A stretch of DNA of 64,000 bases. Source: Microbotryum violaceum (lineage: Eukaryota). The stretch lies in assembly GCA_001244265.2 (NCBI GenBank), contig LN717261.1:1999591-2063590 (forward strand), in the 5' to 3' direction. Position 1 is the stretch's first letter, and every line of letters begins with the position of its first letter. The position numbers and the translations under genes were made by a program. Below the pieces are notes generated by a model. The model was not told the origin of the DNA. It searched no databases and saw only the letters and a list, made by a program, of their open reading frames with translations. Positions 45,301 to 56,670 of the stretch are shown here, in pieces.

Positions 45301-45855
45301 TGGGGTCCCTCCATCCGGGAAGCCAAGTCGCCTCCCCAACCAGCCCACATCCCAACAATCGATCTACCTCCTGTGTGATGTGCCTCTCGGAAGCACCCGA
45401 GTGCCTGGTTCACCTCGCGGTCGGCTGCCCATTTGCCCGGCGCCTCTGGTCTGCTCTGTCCCCGACCCCCCACCCAGTCTTTGTGGACTTTGTATGCCCG
45501 GTCGTGTCTCGCTCGGAACGTCGACTTGTCGAACTACGAGTCCTCTTCTTTCACTCGATCTGGAAGCTCTGTCGCCGTCGTCGATTCTCGTCGGATCTTT
45601 TGGAACCGATCACCCGAACGGAGTTCGAGGGGCTTTGAGCCTCTATCCAGGAGTCCAAGGGTCGCCTAGTGTCTCTGTAAGACACCAAAGGGGGTTTTAG
45701 TGGGTATGGTTGATCCTGGTTCAGGGTCAATGAGTCCTACGCTACTGGCTTCTGCCAGTGTGCGTAACAGCATTCCCTCCGACTTTTCCGAAGATTTCTA
45801 GGTATTAATATAATTATGCTGTTAATGAAGTCTATCAAATAAGAAATAAAAAAAG
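42365..45855 (+). mobile_element. L1-like LINE ORF2 (APE endonuclease, RT, zf-RVT), lacking ORF1, with stops
   Basis: Motifs are VVSIYAPS, RLDRIYVS, SSPGPHGIPVEFY, RPISLINAD, QRGFVPNR, DFEKAYD, GVRQGDPLAP, LLFADD and FRYLG. Stops are at 43638 and 45636, with an A-rich tail at ~45841-45854. Confidence 0.95.
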
Positions 45856-46581
45856 GAACGGCGAAGTTCCCTGACAGTGTTCCTCTCACACTTCAAACCC
45901 TAGTAATGATGATTTCAACTTTAGCACGAAAGGTCGCCTGGTACTTTGGAGTTGAGAAGACCGGCTCGCCTTCCAGACTGAGTTGATTGGACAGATCAGA
46001 TGGAGCGAAACGTAGGGACCCCCGTGGCAATTACCTGATGCCCACACCGCGTGAAACACTTTCGGACGAGGCACGACATGCTGGCGGGTTCAACTCGGGG
46101 CAAGCACTTGAGCATGGACCGTCATACTCGGTCGCTAGTCGTCATAATGAGAGATCGGATAAGACTTTTTTGGCCGTGCGCCAGTGTCAAATGATCTCAA
46201 AACACCTCGAACACCTCGAATACTCAGTGCGGAAATCCGGAACTGCGTATGTCAGAGCGCACTTAGAGAATTGCGGATCCAGAGCGATCTATTTCGGAGG
46301 ACGCAGAGCACGCTACAATCCGAAATTTTCAAAAAACGGAGCATTTCAGTATTCTTGTTCTGCGGAAGCAGCAGAGGTATCATTACGGCGAACATCATGC
46401 AGGATACGCTCGCGGCTTTGGTGCACTACAGGCACGATCCTTAGCGCACTAAGTCCAGTGACTAAGTCATCTTGCTTCGCCCAGAGGCATCCGCTCGTTG
46501 TATCTTCCAACTCAGCCCTACACTTCACGTCCGTCCCAGCGCGCTGGCTCATTTCAGCGTCGAGACCTGCTGCCCTAAGCT

Positions 46582-48520
46582 CTAAGAGTGCTCGTCGGAA
46601 TCGGGGCGGCTCATCGCGCTGCCATCTTGGCCGTTGGCAGGGATAGCTGCACCATCTTCATCTTCTGCATCCGCTAGTACCTCTTCCGTTAGCCTGAATC
46701 TCAACTCTCCTGCACGCAGCAGGGTAATGATACGATCCAAGTCTGCCCCCGACATTTTTGGCTTGCCCATGGGGCTGGCGAAGTCCGTCTCCAAGTTGAG
46801 GCTCGGGCCGCATTCAACTACGATACTGGCCTGTTGCATGAGCGCGGTTGGGTCGCACACCAACTTGGGAAATTTGTCCTTGTTTTCGTGCCCTTGGTTC
46901 TTGGTACGTCGCTTCATGGCATCATCTGCACCGAGAAGAAGACTCATCGTTAGTAGTCAACAAGTAAGCAGCAACTGAAATCTCGATCAGAACATAGTCC
47001 ACACAGAAAAGTTTTTTCACGATCGTGCTGTACCACGAGGCTTTTGTTGCAAGATTCGCTTCTGTCAGTGGCGCCTCCCAAACTGCGTGACAGCGTAATG
47101 TACATCAATCAGCAAGTGACAATAGTCTGTCGGCGCGTGCACCTACTGACCAGCTGCTTCCAATTCGGCCTTTTTCTCCTCCAAGAACGCTCTACCGGTA
47201 ACGCAATCCGCGAAGTCGGAGAGCAGCTGTCTTGAACCCAAATTATCGCCTCAGTCTTGTCGATAGGCAAAGGCCAAACCACCGGGGCTCGCGACCATGA
47301 AACGCTCCTTATTAAGTTCAGGAAGATCAGAAGAGACCACAGCAAACAATTGGAGTACATATTTTTGCGCATATGAAGTGCTCTGGGTTGGTTTTGAGGG
47401 TGACATGATCCTTTCAGTTAGTTTACTGTGAGCAGTATCAAATTGAGCCTGGACTCACCATGGTTTCCAACGCGGCCTGCATGCATCGGCGCGCTTTCTT
47501 AATGGCTTCGTGACTCATCGGTTTGTTTCGGGCGATCTTGATGGAGGATGAACTTTCGGTCGCTTGCGTTAATTGCGTCGCTTCCTCACGCTCCAAGGCA
47601 AGCGCCGCGTCAAACCTCGTCATCAACTCTGCGTCATCCTTTATGTCGTTCCAATATGGCTTTGCGAGTATAACCCTTTTCACCAAATTGGTCGGCACTA
47701 AAGCGGATCAACCCAGCCCGTTAGTTCAACAATAGCGTAGTGCAATGCTATGCTAGAATTTAGCACCAGGTAGTCAAGAGCTGTGCCTACCTTCCAATCC
47801 ATCTTGAAATGCCAGCGAATCGAAGTACTTGCTCTGCACAAAGTCATTCCAACAAGTGGGAGAGCCAAGGCGAGTCACGGGCGCAACAATGCTCCTCAAA
47901 TAATCGAGTCGAATATTGTGTCGGATACAATACTCGAGCTCTTCGTCAAGTCTTCTCTGGGCCCATTGCTCGTGCATAAGTCGTTCGGATTTACGACAGT
48001 TGCGCTTAGGGATAGCCTTGCATTGTTCGTGGAGGCTAGGGCCCATCGGCCTCTTCGCTGGCGTCAAAGGCGAAACTGCGGTCGGCACGGTGGCAACAGG
48101 GACTTGGACGCGGGCGAACTGTTGATCCGCGGCGGGAAGTGGTGATGGATGCATTGTCGGGGTGCTTCCATCTACTGATGAGAAATTCGGCGAGGATTGC
48201 AGAACGCCCGACGATGTATTGGCTTCGTCCATTGGCAATTGAAGGGGGTCAGGCAGCAGGCGATGCAGGTGATGCAGGCGATTGGCGGCGGAATCGGCGG
48301 GACAGGAGGGTCGATTTGATGGGTACCCTGTGCTAGCTGTGCTGCCTAGGACAGGGAGGTGGTATGGGAAGGCGGACGCTTGGCTACCCGACTCGAGCGA
48401 ATAGGTTGGATAATCGATGTTTGCGAACGCGGGAGCGTCAAGCGGTCGGCTGGGCGGCGCAGGACTTGGATGGTACGCATCATATTGCTCGCTAGACGAG
48501 ATCGTATTGGAAGAGAACAT
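46582..48520 (-). CDS. Multi-exon hypothetical protein, possibly a DNA-transposon accessory gene or pseudogene
   Basis: Co-oriented ORFs at 47774-48520, 47438-47698 and 46582-46947 are separated by intron-like gaps. No domain was recognised. Confidence 0.35.
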
Positions 48521-49689
48521 CGTACAGGCAGAGCCTGGAAGGCGAACAGGGAAAGGTCAGAATGACACGGTGCTGCATTAAACCAATCAAACCGCGCGTC
48601 GACGACCGCGCAGCCGCACTTCCACCACGCACCCAGAGACTTGTTTGTGAATGGTTATCCAGGAGGGAAGGAGCCCGCAATGTTCCGAGGCCACGCGATG
48701 AATGCATAGTTAAGACGTGGATGTCAGCAGGCCCTCAGAAGCTCGTTCTCTGGTAAAGCCCGGACGACAATCGCCGGACATACACGTGGGGCTTGTCGAG
48801 CGCCGAAGCGTGAAAACTTGGTATGAGTTGGCGATGTGAAAGGATCACAAGATCAATGGAGATCAACGAGAGACGTGACGTGTATGCGGTTCGGCGATTG
48901 AGGACGAGGATATTCGCGGCGAGACCAATGGGTCTCGTGTTGAATGTACAGGCGAGATGGGGCCTAAAAACAACAGCTGTCAACGTATCAACAACGCACG
49001 ACACGCGTCGATTCCGTCAGGTTCGGACGGCGCGCAACCTCGCGCAACCCGCGTCAGATCACGTGTTGCACTGGGCCAGACATACCACGGCTTCAGCAGT
49101 GCTGAGGCGTTAATGGATATACCTGGACTTCAACAAGCTTTTCTAAAAGCACTACAAGCTTCCCCCGTCAATGACTTACGTCCTAGGGCCAAGCCGGAAA
49201 ATCATTTCCGGATCAATTGTAATGACTCTAAACCTTTGCGAGCTTGTTCCCACGTGCTTCTTGTCTAAACATTTAGAAAATTACGTGCGGTTACTGATTC
49301 AACGCGAAACCAATCTTTGCTTCTTGTTATCTGCTGGAACTACTCATGTCGTCATATGATCAAGGTAGTGGTCTAAACGGACTTGGAAGAGGTAGACGGG
49401 CCTGTCCCGGCGCCGAGTTGCTCCCGTCGGTAGCGGTGTGCCACCGGGCCCAGGTCGCCTATTTGCATAGGTTTTCCGGCCGCGCGGCGGCGCTACTAAG
49501 ACTGGTTACTTTTTAACCTGCCTGCGGTGGTGATTTGAGAACGTCAACAACTAGTCGAGCGTACTCAGACCGGCTCGAGGAAGGGGCGCGTGGCCGCTAG
49601 GAATCGTCGAGTCGCTTTTTTCCCGCGGCAGACCCGTGATGCTGTACGGGTTGTCGGTTCGAGGCCATCATCGGGCTCCCAGAGAACAA

Positions 49690-49878
49690 AAACACAGAGT
49701 TCAGTGATGAAATGAAGGCTCTGTACATTTGATCGTCGTCGCGCGCTTCTCTCCCGACTTCAACCACTACCCTTCCGTTGCTCAACAGTACCGCAGCTGT
49801 TGCAGCAAAGTACATCACATTGCAGCGGGTCAACTCTTACGGTGGGAGCTGGCGCGCGGAGCGCGCCGCCGCACCTAG
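49690..49878 (+). mobile_element. Helitron B-related 3' terminus
   Basis: Subterminal homology to 1-70 and 53243-53405, with hairpin GGCGCGCGGAGCGCGCC plus CTAG at 49875-49878. Confidence 0.8.
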
Positions 49879-50189
49879 TCAATACTTAAAAACCTGTTGC
49901 CTCGGTTTTGGCGCACCCTTCACCACATATACCCCAACCTCCTCTATCTTATTTTTGTCCCAACTCGGAGAAGACTGAATTTCTTTTTGTTCGAGGGGTT
50001 TTCATTGCATAAGGGGCTGTCTGTCAATGGATGCGCTCCCTAACACCACTTGCGCTCCAGTCCGAGCTTTGAGAAACCTCATGCCTTTCAGCTCTACAGT
50101 AGCGGTATAGTAGCGAGGTGCTATCTCATCGGCCGGGCCTAACGAAACAGCGAACATGCTTTGATATTTAGTACTCCCATTCCATTGCA

Positions 50190-52171
50190 TCAATCACCGC
50201 ACCCAGTGATTCCACAGCGTTGGGCCCAAAGATCAATCTGCACCGCCGCCCCTAAAACCCTTGTATACACCTCGTCGAAACCCACTCCCAAATCCGTCTT
50301 GACCTCCTTCAACATGATCACATCAGTTTCCTTCAGTGACCTCATACACCAAGGTTCAGATTCGGTTGCCCAATCGGCCGTACCGGAACTGTAATGGGTC
50401 GCGAGAAAATAGGTCGAGGAAGGGTTGCGCTTGTCTTCGAACAGGGAGCCGTTCCACCAAAAGGGACGACCCTCTGTCACGGATTGAACCAAACGGAGAG
50501 TCAGTGATCAGGTATCGCGTCTTACGTTCAAGAGACTTACTTCGATCGAGATGAAGATGATGCTCGCTACACATCTGAGGGGCTGAGACTCCGTCTGATC
50601 CGCTAAAGTAGGTAAGGTGCCCGATGGTCGAAGCAAAGGGTGGATCGAAATAATCTGTCGGGATGTAAACCAATGTTGTATGGTCAGAGCATAGTCAATT
50701 AGGCATAACTAGATAAGCGAGGAATCTCACAAGGTATTCCCGCGAGCTCGAAGGCGATCCTGTGCAATCCCGCACCGCTTCAATCAACTCCGACTCAAGG
50801 GCCTTTCCTGAACTTGATCGTGCCATACTTACCAGTAAGATTCCTTGTCCCCAAAAGTTCTCTTGTACGTTACTTCGTCCCTTATTTGCTTCGTATTGAG
50901 CCACCCGACAAAGACCATCCCCAACACGACATCCCGTCTCCCCTTATCGACGACGACGACACCGGATTCCATCTCCTCCCTCGACGCTCTATCCTTCCAC
51001 CATCTCGACTTGTTCAACATCGCACTCGGCACACGATTCTTCATCACGCCTTCGAACCAAATATGGACCGCATCATCGGTAGGGAACAGTTCACGATCCC
51101 TGAAGAACAAAGTACCCGTTTCTCGATAGCCTGGGTCTTGAAGGAGCACATTCGGGTCCTGCATGAAGACGACGTCGGCATCGACGAGGATCGTTTCTTT
51201 GAAGGGCGAGGCTAAGAGAGCGATAGGCTTGATCGCCCAACCGCCATTCAAGAGACCGACATGGTCTTCGGAGAAAAAGTGAAGGAGGTCAAGCACATCG
51301 ACGTCAGGCGAGAGGGATTTGAGGGTTTGTCGATTCTTCGGAGAGAGATCGTCCGGCCCGGCGTGGACGATGAGGATGGGCAACGTAGTCAAGTGAACTT
51401 TCTTGAGCGTTGTAATGAGGTGCAAGGCGTACTGTGGGTCGAGAGGATAACGTTCCAGCCTATTATAAAGTTGTCTGAGCTGGAGAAAATTCTCACTCAC
51501 TCGAAAGTACCAGTTTGAACAAGGGATGACGACCCCTTTTGGTCGAGTGAAGGTGTCGATAAGCTGATCGAATGATCTCCTACCTCCTCGACCTGAGGCG
51601 ATGTAGGGGAACAATTTGGTGAAGAGCGAATCACGAAGGTCGATTGCCGAGTTGGTGATCTTGTCTACCTCGTCTTGGGGTAGATGAGGACTGGTTGGTG
51701 TTCTGGTGAAGCGATCCAAGTCCTGGTGGGACGCATCAAAGCCAGGTGGGTGAGACCGAACAAGGCGCGAGGAGATGTCTCACATTCACTTACGTGCACG
51801 ACCTTGACCTGGTCGGCATACATCTCAATCTCAGGCCCGATAGAGTCTACGAGATTGATCGAACGGTGTTGCCGATCAAGAAGCGTTTGGTGCTGCCGCC
51901 CGAGCTCGTCCATGCTCGTCGCAACCGGGGTGCCTTTCGCGGATGACAATGTCTGCCAGCGTTGTGCTGTCCGAGGATCGTCATAGACCCGCTTCAGGTG
52001 GTGGGCGGCAAGGGGCAGCAGATGATAGATTGTGAATGCTATGAGAATGCTCGGCAACAGATGTCGAAATCGAAGATATCGGCTGGGTCGAGATGGGGCC
52101 GTGCCGAGGGCGGACAGGGCTAATGCGACTTGGGGCGTGTCATGAGTCGTGACAGGCAGTTTGTCAATCAT
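50190..52171 (-). CDS. GT71-type (Mnn1/Mnt-like) alpha-mannosyltransferase, type II membrane protein, intron-containing
   Basis: N-terminal TM segment LLPSILIAFTIYHLL. Motifs are KGVVIP, GGWAIKPIALLASPFKETILVDADVVF (DxD), GTLFFRDR, MESGVVVVDK, FGDKESYW and PFWWNGSL. Confidence 0.85.
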
Positions 52172-53860
52172 GGGACAGAAGATGAAAGGAAGAAGAGCCC
52201 TGTTGGAACCCGTTTAACGAAGCCATAAAACCGGGACGGACATCTGGACACCGGGCCTCGTTCGGCCGGCTCTTCACGTACGCCGGCTCGGTGCGGACAG
52301 GGGCCGCTGCGATCGGGCCCGCACTGAGCCCGTGCAGTGAAACCGGGTGATCGTGCTAATCGGACCAATCAAAATGATCGGGCAGGTCAGGAAACTTACT
52401 CGTAGAGACATTCCTATTCCTCTGCCAAAAAACTCAATCAGTAGCAGTGCTGCGGAACGACAGGGCTTCCATGTCGCACAAAGGCGCTGCAAAAGTTGGA
52501 GTGTCGGCAACACGTCGTCCGTCGGCGTGCCAGATCGAGTTCGGTGTGGAGGTGCTCGAATGCCGAACGTCCTACTGTGGCTCGCTTCTCGAAGCACGCT
52601 CGGAGTCAGCTCAGTCCGATCGCCGCCCGCTTTGGATCTTTGGCTTCTCGCCCAACCAGCTAGTTCACCTACGAGCCTCGTCACGACTACCGCGTCGCCC
52701 CTGAAAATCTCACCACACCCTCTTTTGCTTTTGCGCACAAAATCCGAAGCAATGACTGCGGCGAACCTGGAGCCCGTCAGGGCCGCTGACCCGCACGCGA
52801 CTCTCGCCGCTTCGGACTGTTTTCATGCAAAGGGACGGTTGGATCGACGACAAAATTTGGTACAAGCCTCGGGCACATCACGGAATCGACGTCGAGTCTT
52901 ACTTCACACACTTCATCGCACACGAACCTTCAATCAACCTCAAAGAACCTTGCGCCGGCTGCTCATCCGCTAACCAATCCCCGACGAGCAACAATTGGCA
53001 CGGTTCATACCGCGATTCGGACGCTCGGCGACAGTTCAGCCTGCCAGCACGCTCACCGCACCAACTAAATGCTTAACAACGGGCCGCGCACAGATTAACC
53101 CGCTGCCTCTTCTGTCCCGTTGCCTGCGGCATTAAGCCCAAGGATGACTCCCAACGCATGGTCAAGCATTCTCTCACCGGTGACATCGTCGGCGCCGCGG
53201 CCGAGGCCGTGGTCGACGCCGCATTAGATTACTACCTCTATACTAGGTTCGGCGGCGCGCGAAGCGCACCACCTCACACCGTAACCGGTGACCTGCAATG
53301 CGATGTACTTCGCTGCAACAGCTGCAGTACTGTTCAGTAACGGAAAGCTAGTGAAGCAGGTTGTGAGAGGGCCGCACGATGACAATCACATGTACAGAGC
53401 CTTCACGGACGCCAGTTTTGCTCGCTCTCGGAAGTATTCGACTTTTTCGCCTATCGACATATTGTCCAGTTCGAGCGCGGGGACGGGATAAACGTGTCTG
53501 ATCAACCCGGAGCTGTTCGTCGTGGTCGCCGGCAGGAGAAGCTCACGTGGGAGCGCGATAGAGTCTTCTGTTTTGTTCGCCGAGCCGTCTCCAACTCCTA
53601 AGAGCCAATCTGCAGAGCCCTGTGCCTTCGTCTGTTCCGTTGCGGTCATGCGGTCTGCAGGGGCCTGAAGAGGCATGTTTGTCTGCGTTCGCACCGTGCC
53701 GTTGTTAGTATAGGGTCTAAAGGTCAGGCAAAGACTACTACTTACAGAGAGATCCCCGCAGAAGTCAGCATGTATGATGCATCGACGATTTGTGCAGGCG
53801 ATGACTTGGAATAACGGGAAGGCATTGCTTCGGATCCTCTGTGATGTTACAGTCCAACCG

Positions 53861-55080
53861 TGTTCATGACTAGATCACCTCCTTTCGGGTCTAATATTAC
53901 ATACTTAAAATAAAATTCGAGATGTACTAATTACTCGTCAAATCTGGACCATTTCCTTTTCAACCATTTTTACAAAATGACTCATTTACCTTTCGATTTA
54001 GATTTACCTTTTCCATTTCATTTTTATTTTTATTTTTATTTTCATTTAAAAATGGGCGAGTCTAATTCTTTTTGTATTATGATGATAGAAAAGTATCTAT
54101 TCATCATGTATGAGGCGATGTAGAAAGCGTTATTAGAAAAAGTTATTATGGTGGTTTAACTACTGTAAATAAAAATACTGTTTTTGTCCTCGCCCATTTT
54201 TATTTTATTTTTTTGCATAAAAATAAAAAATAAAATAAGAAAGGGCGCTTGCGCCAAAAAAGTATTTAATACGCGTTGAATTAAAAAAGATGGACATTCT
54301 ATTAAAAATCTTATTTTGTCGCTTATTTTTATGCAAAAAAAAAAGCGACAAAATAAAAATAAAGAAGAAGGGTTAAATTTTCCTCGCGCTTATAACAGTA
54401 ATTTCACTAATTAATGAGAAACTTTATCTTGGTCCATAGAAAGTACTTCAGATCCGCACCAGTTTCGTTTTATACCTTTTCACCAATTCGCGTTATTTAT
54501 ATAAAGGATATCTAAACATTCTTTAATAATAGATTCACTAAATGACACTGTTTTTGTCCTCGCCCATTTTTATTTTTATTTTTTTGCAAAAAATAAAAAA
54601 TAAAATAAAAAAGGGCGCTTGCGCTTTTGTAGGCTTTTTTAGTGCCGAGACTAAAAATAAATAAAAAAACCTTGTTCCCTTTTTTGCAAAAAGCTCTTTT
54701 TTGATTCCAAAAAGGCCTTTATCATTACTATTTTTTAGACAAAGAAGAGAAAAACAAGGGAATAAACAAGTTCATTCTCAACTCGTTCATTGCGCCTTTT
54801 TTGGCCATTATTTCCTGTTTTTATTTTTATTTATTTTATTTTTGCTTGCCAAAAATAAAATAAATAAAAATAAAAATAAAATAAAGGAATAGGTAAAAAG
54901 CTCTTTTTTTTGATCCTCAAAAAAAAACAGCGCTCGATTAATCAAGCGCAATTTCTGCGCCTTCCCACGATATTTCCTCGAGTATAATCTTTTAGGATCC
55001 ACCGTTAGCATCTAAACATTTAACAATATTTGAGATACCGATCTACTTATTTTTCCAAAATAAAGGCCAAATAAAAATGG
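53861..55080. other. NUMT-like AT-rich insert (mitochondrial or mitochondrial-plasmid DNA)
   Basis: An abrupt AT-rich 1220-bp block sits inside a Helitron intron repeat (..CCAACCG|GTTAGTC..) with no TSD. It contains duplicated hairpin elements (~54177-54254 and ~54547-54624). Confidence 0.8.
54066..54180 (+). pseudogene. Fragment of protein-primed DNA polymerase B (mitochondrial linear-plasmid type)
   Basis: With TGA=Trp it reads FFLYYDDRKVSIHHVWGDVESVIRKSYYGGLTTVNKNT, containing the IRxSYYGG (YxGG) motif. A possible ExoIII remnant YL-IRDV lies near 53900-53945. Confidence 0.65.
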
Positions 55081-56089
55081 GTTAGTCAATCATGCTGCCC
55101 TGCGCCTTGCTTTTGAAAGACTAGGTTCCCACCTCACATTGAGAGACATTGTTGCAGATGGCTACGGTTCTACGCTGCTTCATCTATGATTTTGGGGATT
55201 TTTGCAGGACTGGACAGAAGATCCATTGCACCTAAGTTATGTCGAGGGTAGGCTCCCGGCAGTGGACGCAGTGCAATCGGTGACTGTGCGGCGGGGGGAT
55301 GTCGCCGTGCGCGAACTGAACGCGCTCCCGGAGGTTCCGGACGGTGATTCGTCGCTGCGGGATAGCGTTGGCATCGGGCGTTGGCTGGGGTGGAGGCGAT
55401 TGATTGATAGAATCATCTTGCTGCCTTTCCCTAAGTCTCCGCAATTGTTATGCCCTAGATCTTCTGGAAGTAGAATGATTCGTTGATGTTGACGTCGATG
55501 TTGATGCGGTAGAGGCAGGGTTCGGCGAAGAACTGTGGGACCGGACCGGAACGCACTCGCTCGAGCCCTTCGTCGTTGCTGGCCTTCAGACCTCCGAGAC
55601 GTCGTGCAACTATCAGTATTCTTGCTGTTGTCCATCTGTAGCAAGGCGGCAGCAGGTCGAGCACCATGTCGTTGATGTGATCCACGCCCAATTTTGCTCG
55701 CTCTCGGAAGTATTCGACTTCTTCGCCTATCGACATATTGTCCAGTTCGAGCGCGGGGACGGGCTAGCCGTGTCTGATCAACCCGGAGCTGTTCCTTGTG
55801 GTCGCCGGCAGGAGAAGCTCACGTGGGAGCGCGATAGCCTTCTGTTTCGTTCGCCGACCCGTCTCCAACTCCGAACTCCGAAGAGCCAATCTGCAAAGCC
55901 CTGTGCCTTTGCCTGTTCCGTTTCGGCCTGCGGTTTGCAGCGGCCAGAAGAGGCATGTTTGTCTGCGCTCGCACTGTGCCGTTGTTAGCCTAGTATAGGG
56001 TCTAAAGGTCAGGCAAGGACTACCACTTACAGAGAGATCCCCGCAGAAGTCAACATTCATGATGCAAGCGTCGACGATTTGTGTAGGCG

Positions 56090-56670
56090 ATGACTTGAGA
56101 ATAACGGGAAGGCATTGCTTCGGAGCCTCTGTGATGTCACAGTCCAACCGGTTAGTTAGTCATGCTGCCCTGCGCTTTGCTTTTGATTGGCACACACCTG
56201 CCAACACGACGGTCACTCCACACTCCACCGAACCGAGCCGTTGAGGATGACGGGATGGCATTGCTTCGGATTCCCTGTGATGTTACAGTCCAACCGGTCA
56301 GTTAAGCATGCTGCCCTGCGTTTTGCTTTTGAAAGATTAGCACATACCTGCCAACGCGATGGTCACCCCACCAAACCGAGCTGTGGAATAACGGGAAGGC
56401 ATTGCTTCGGATTTCCTGTGATGTTGCAGTCCAACCGGTTAGTTATTCATGCTGCCCTGCACTTTGCTTTTGAAAGATTGGCACATACCTGCCAACACGA
56501 CGGTCACTTCACCGAACCGAGCCGTTGAGGGTGACGGGAAGGCATTGCTTCGGATCGCCTGTGATGTCACAGTCCAATCGGTCAGTGAGTCATGCTGTGC
56601 TGTGCTGTGCTGTTGAAAGATTGGCACTCACCTGCCAACACGACGGTCAGTCCACCAAACCGAGCCGTTG
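56090..56670 (-). repeat. Four tandem ~145-bp units (exon stub, intron, exon stub) of the helicase motif III region
   Basis: ACGGGA(A/T)GGCATTGCTTCGGA recurs at ~56104, 56251, 56391 and 56534. Each unit has GT(G/A)(T/A)GTG...CACAG on the minus strand. Confidence 0.9.

Larger units (their letters stand above)
53243..55120 (-). mobile_element. Helitron family B 3' derivative carrying the organellar insert
   Basis: Hairpin plus CTAG at 53243, with helicase fragments [10 protein letters not shown] and LIRHVYP at 53410-53700. Confidence 0.8.

Noticed and set aside
52730-53240. Possible gene divergent from GT71
   Set aside because: Only short broken frames are present, with no recognisable domain or consistent splice pattern.
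49878-53243. GT71 gene as Helitron cargo
   Set aside because: Both flanking Helitron 3' ends point toward the gene, so it lies outside both elements.
53873-55080. Bacterial 16S-23S rRNA spacer or rRNA gene
   Set aside because: Only a short motif matches, there is no tRNA-Ile/Ala or 23S start, and the dpoB motif with TGA=Trp points to mitochondrial-type DNA.
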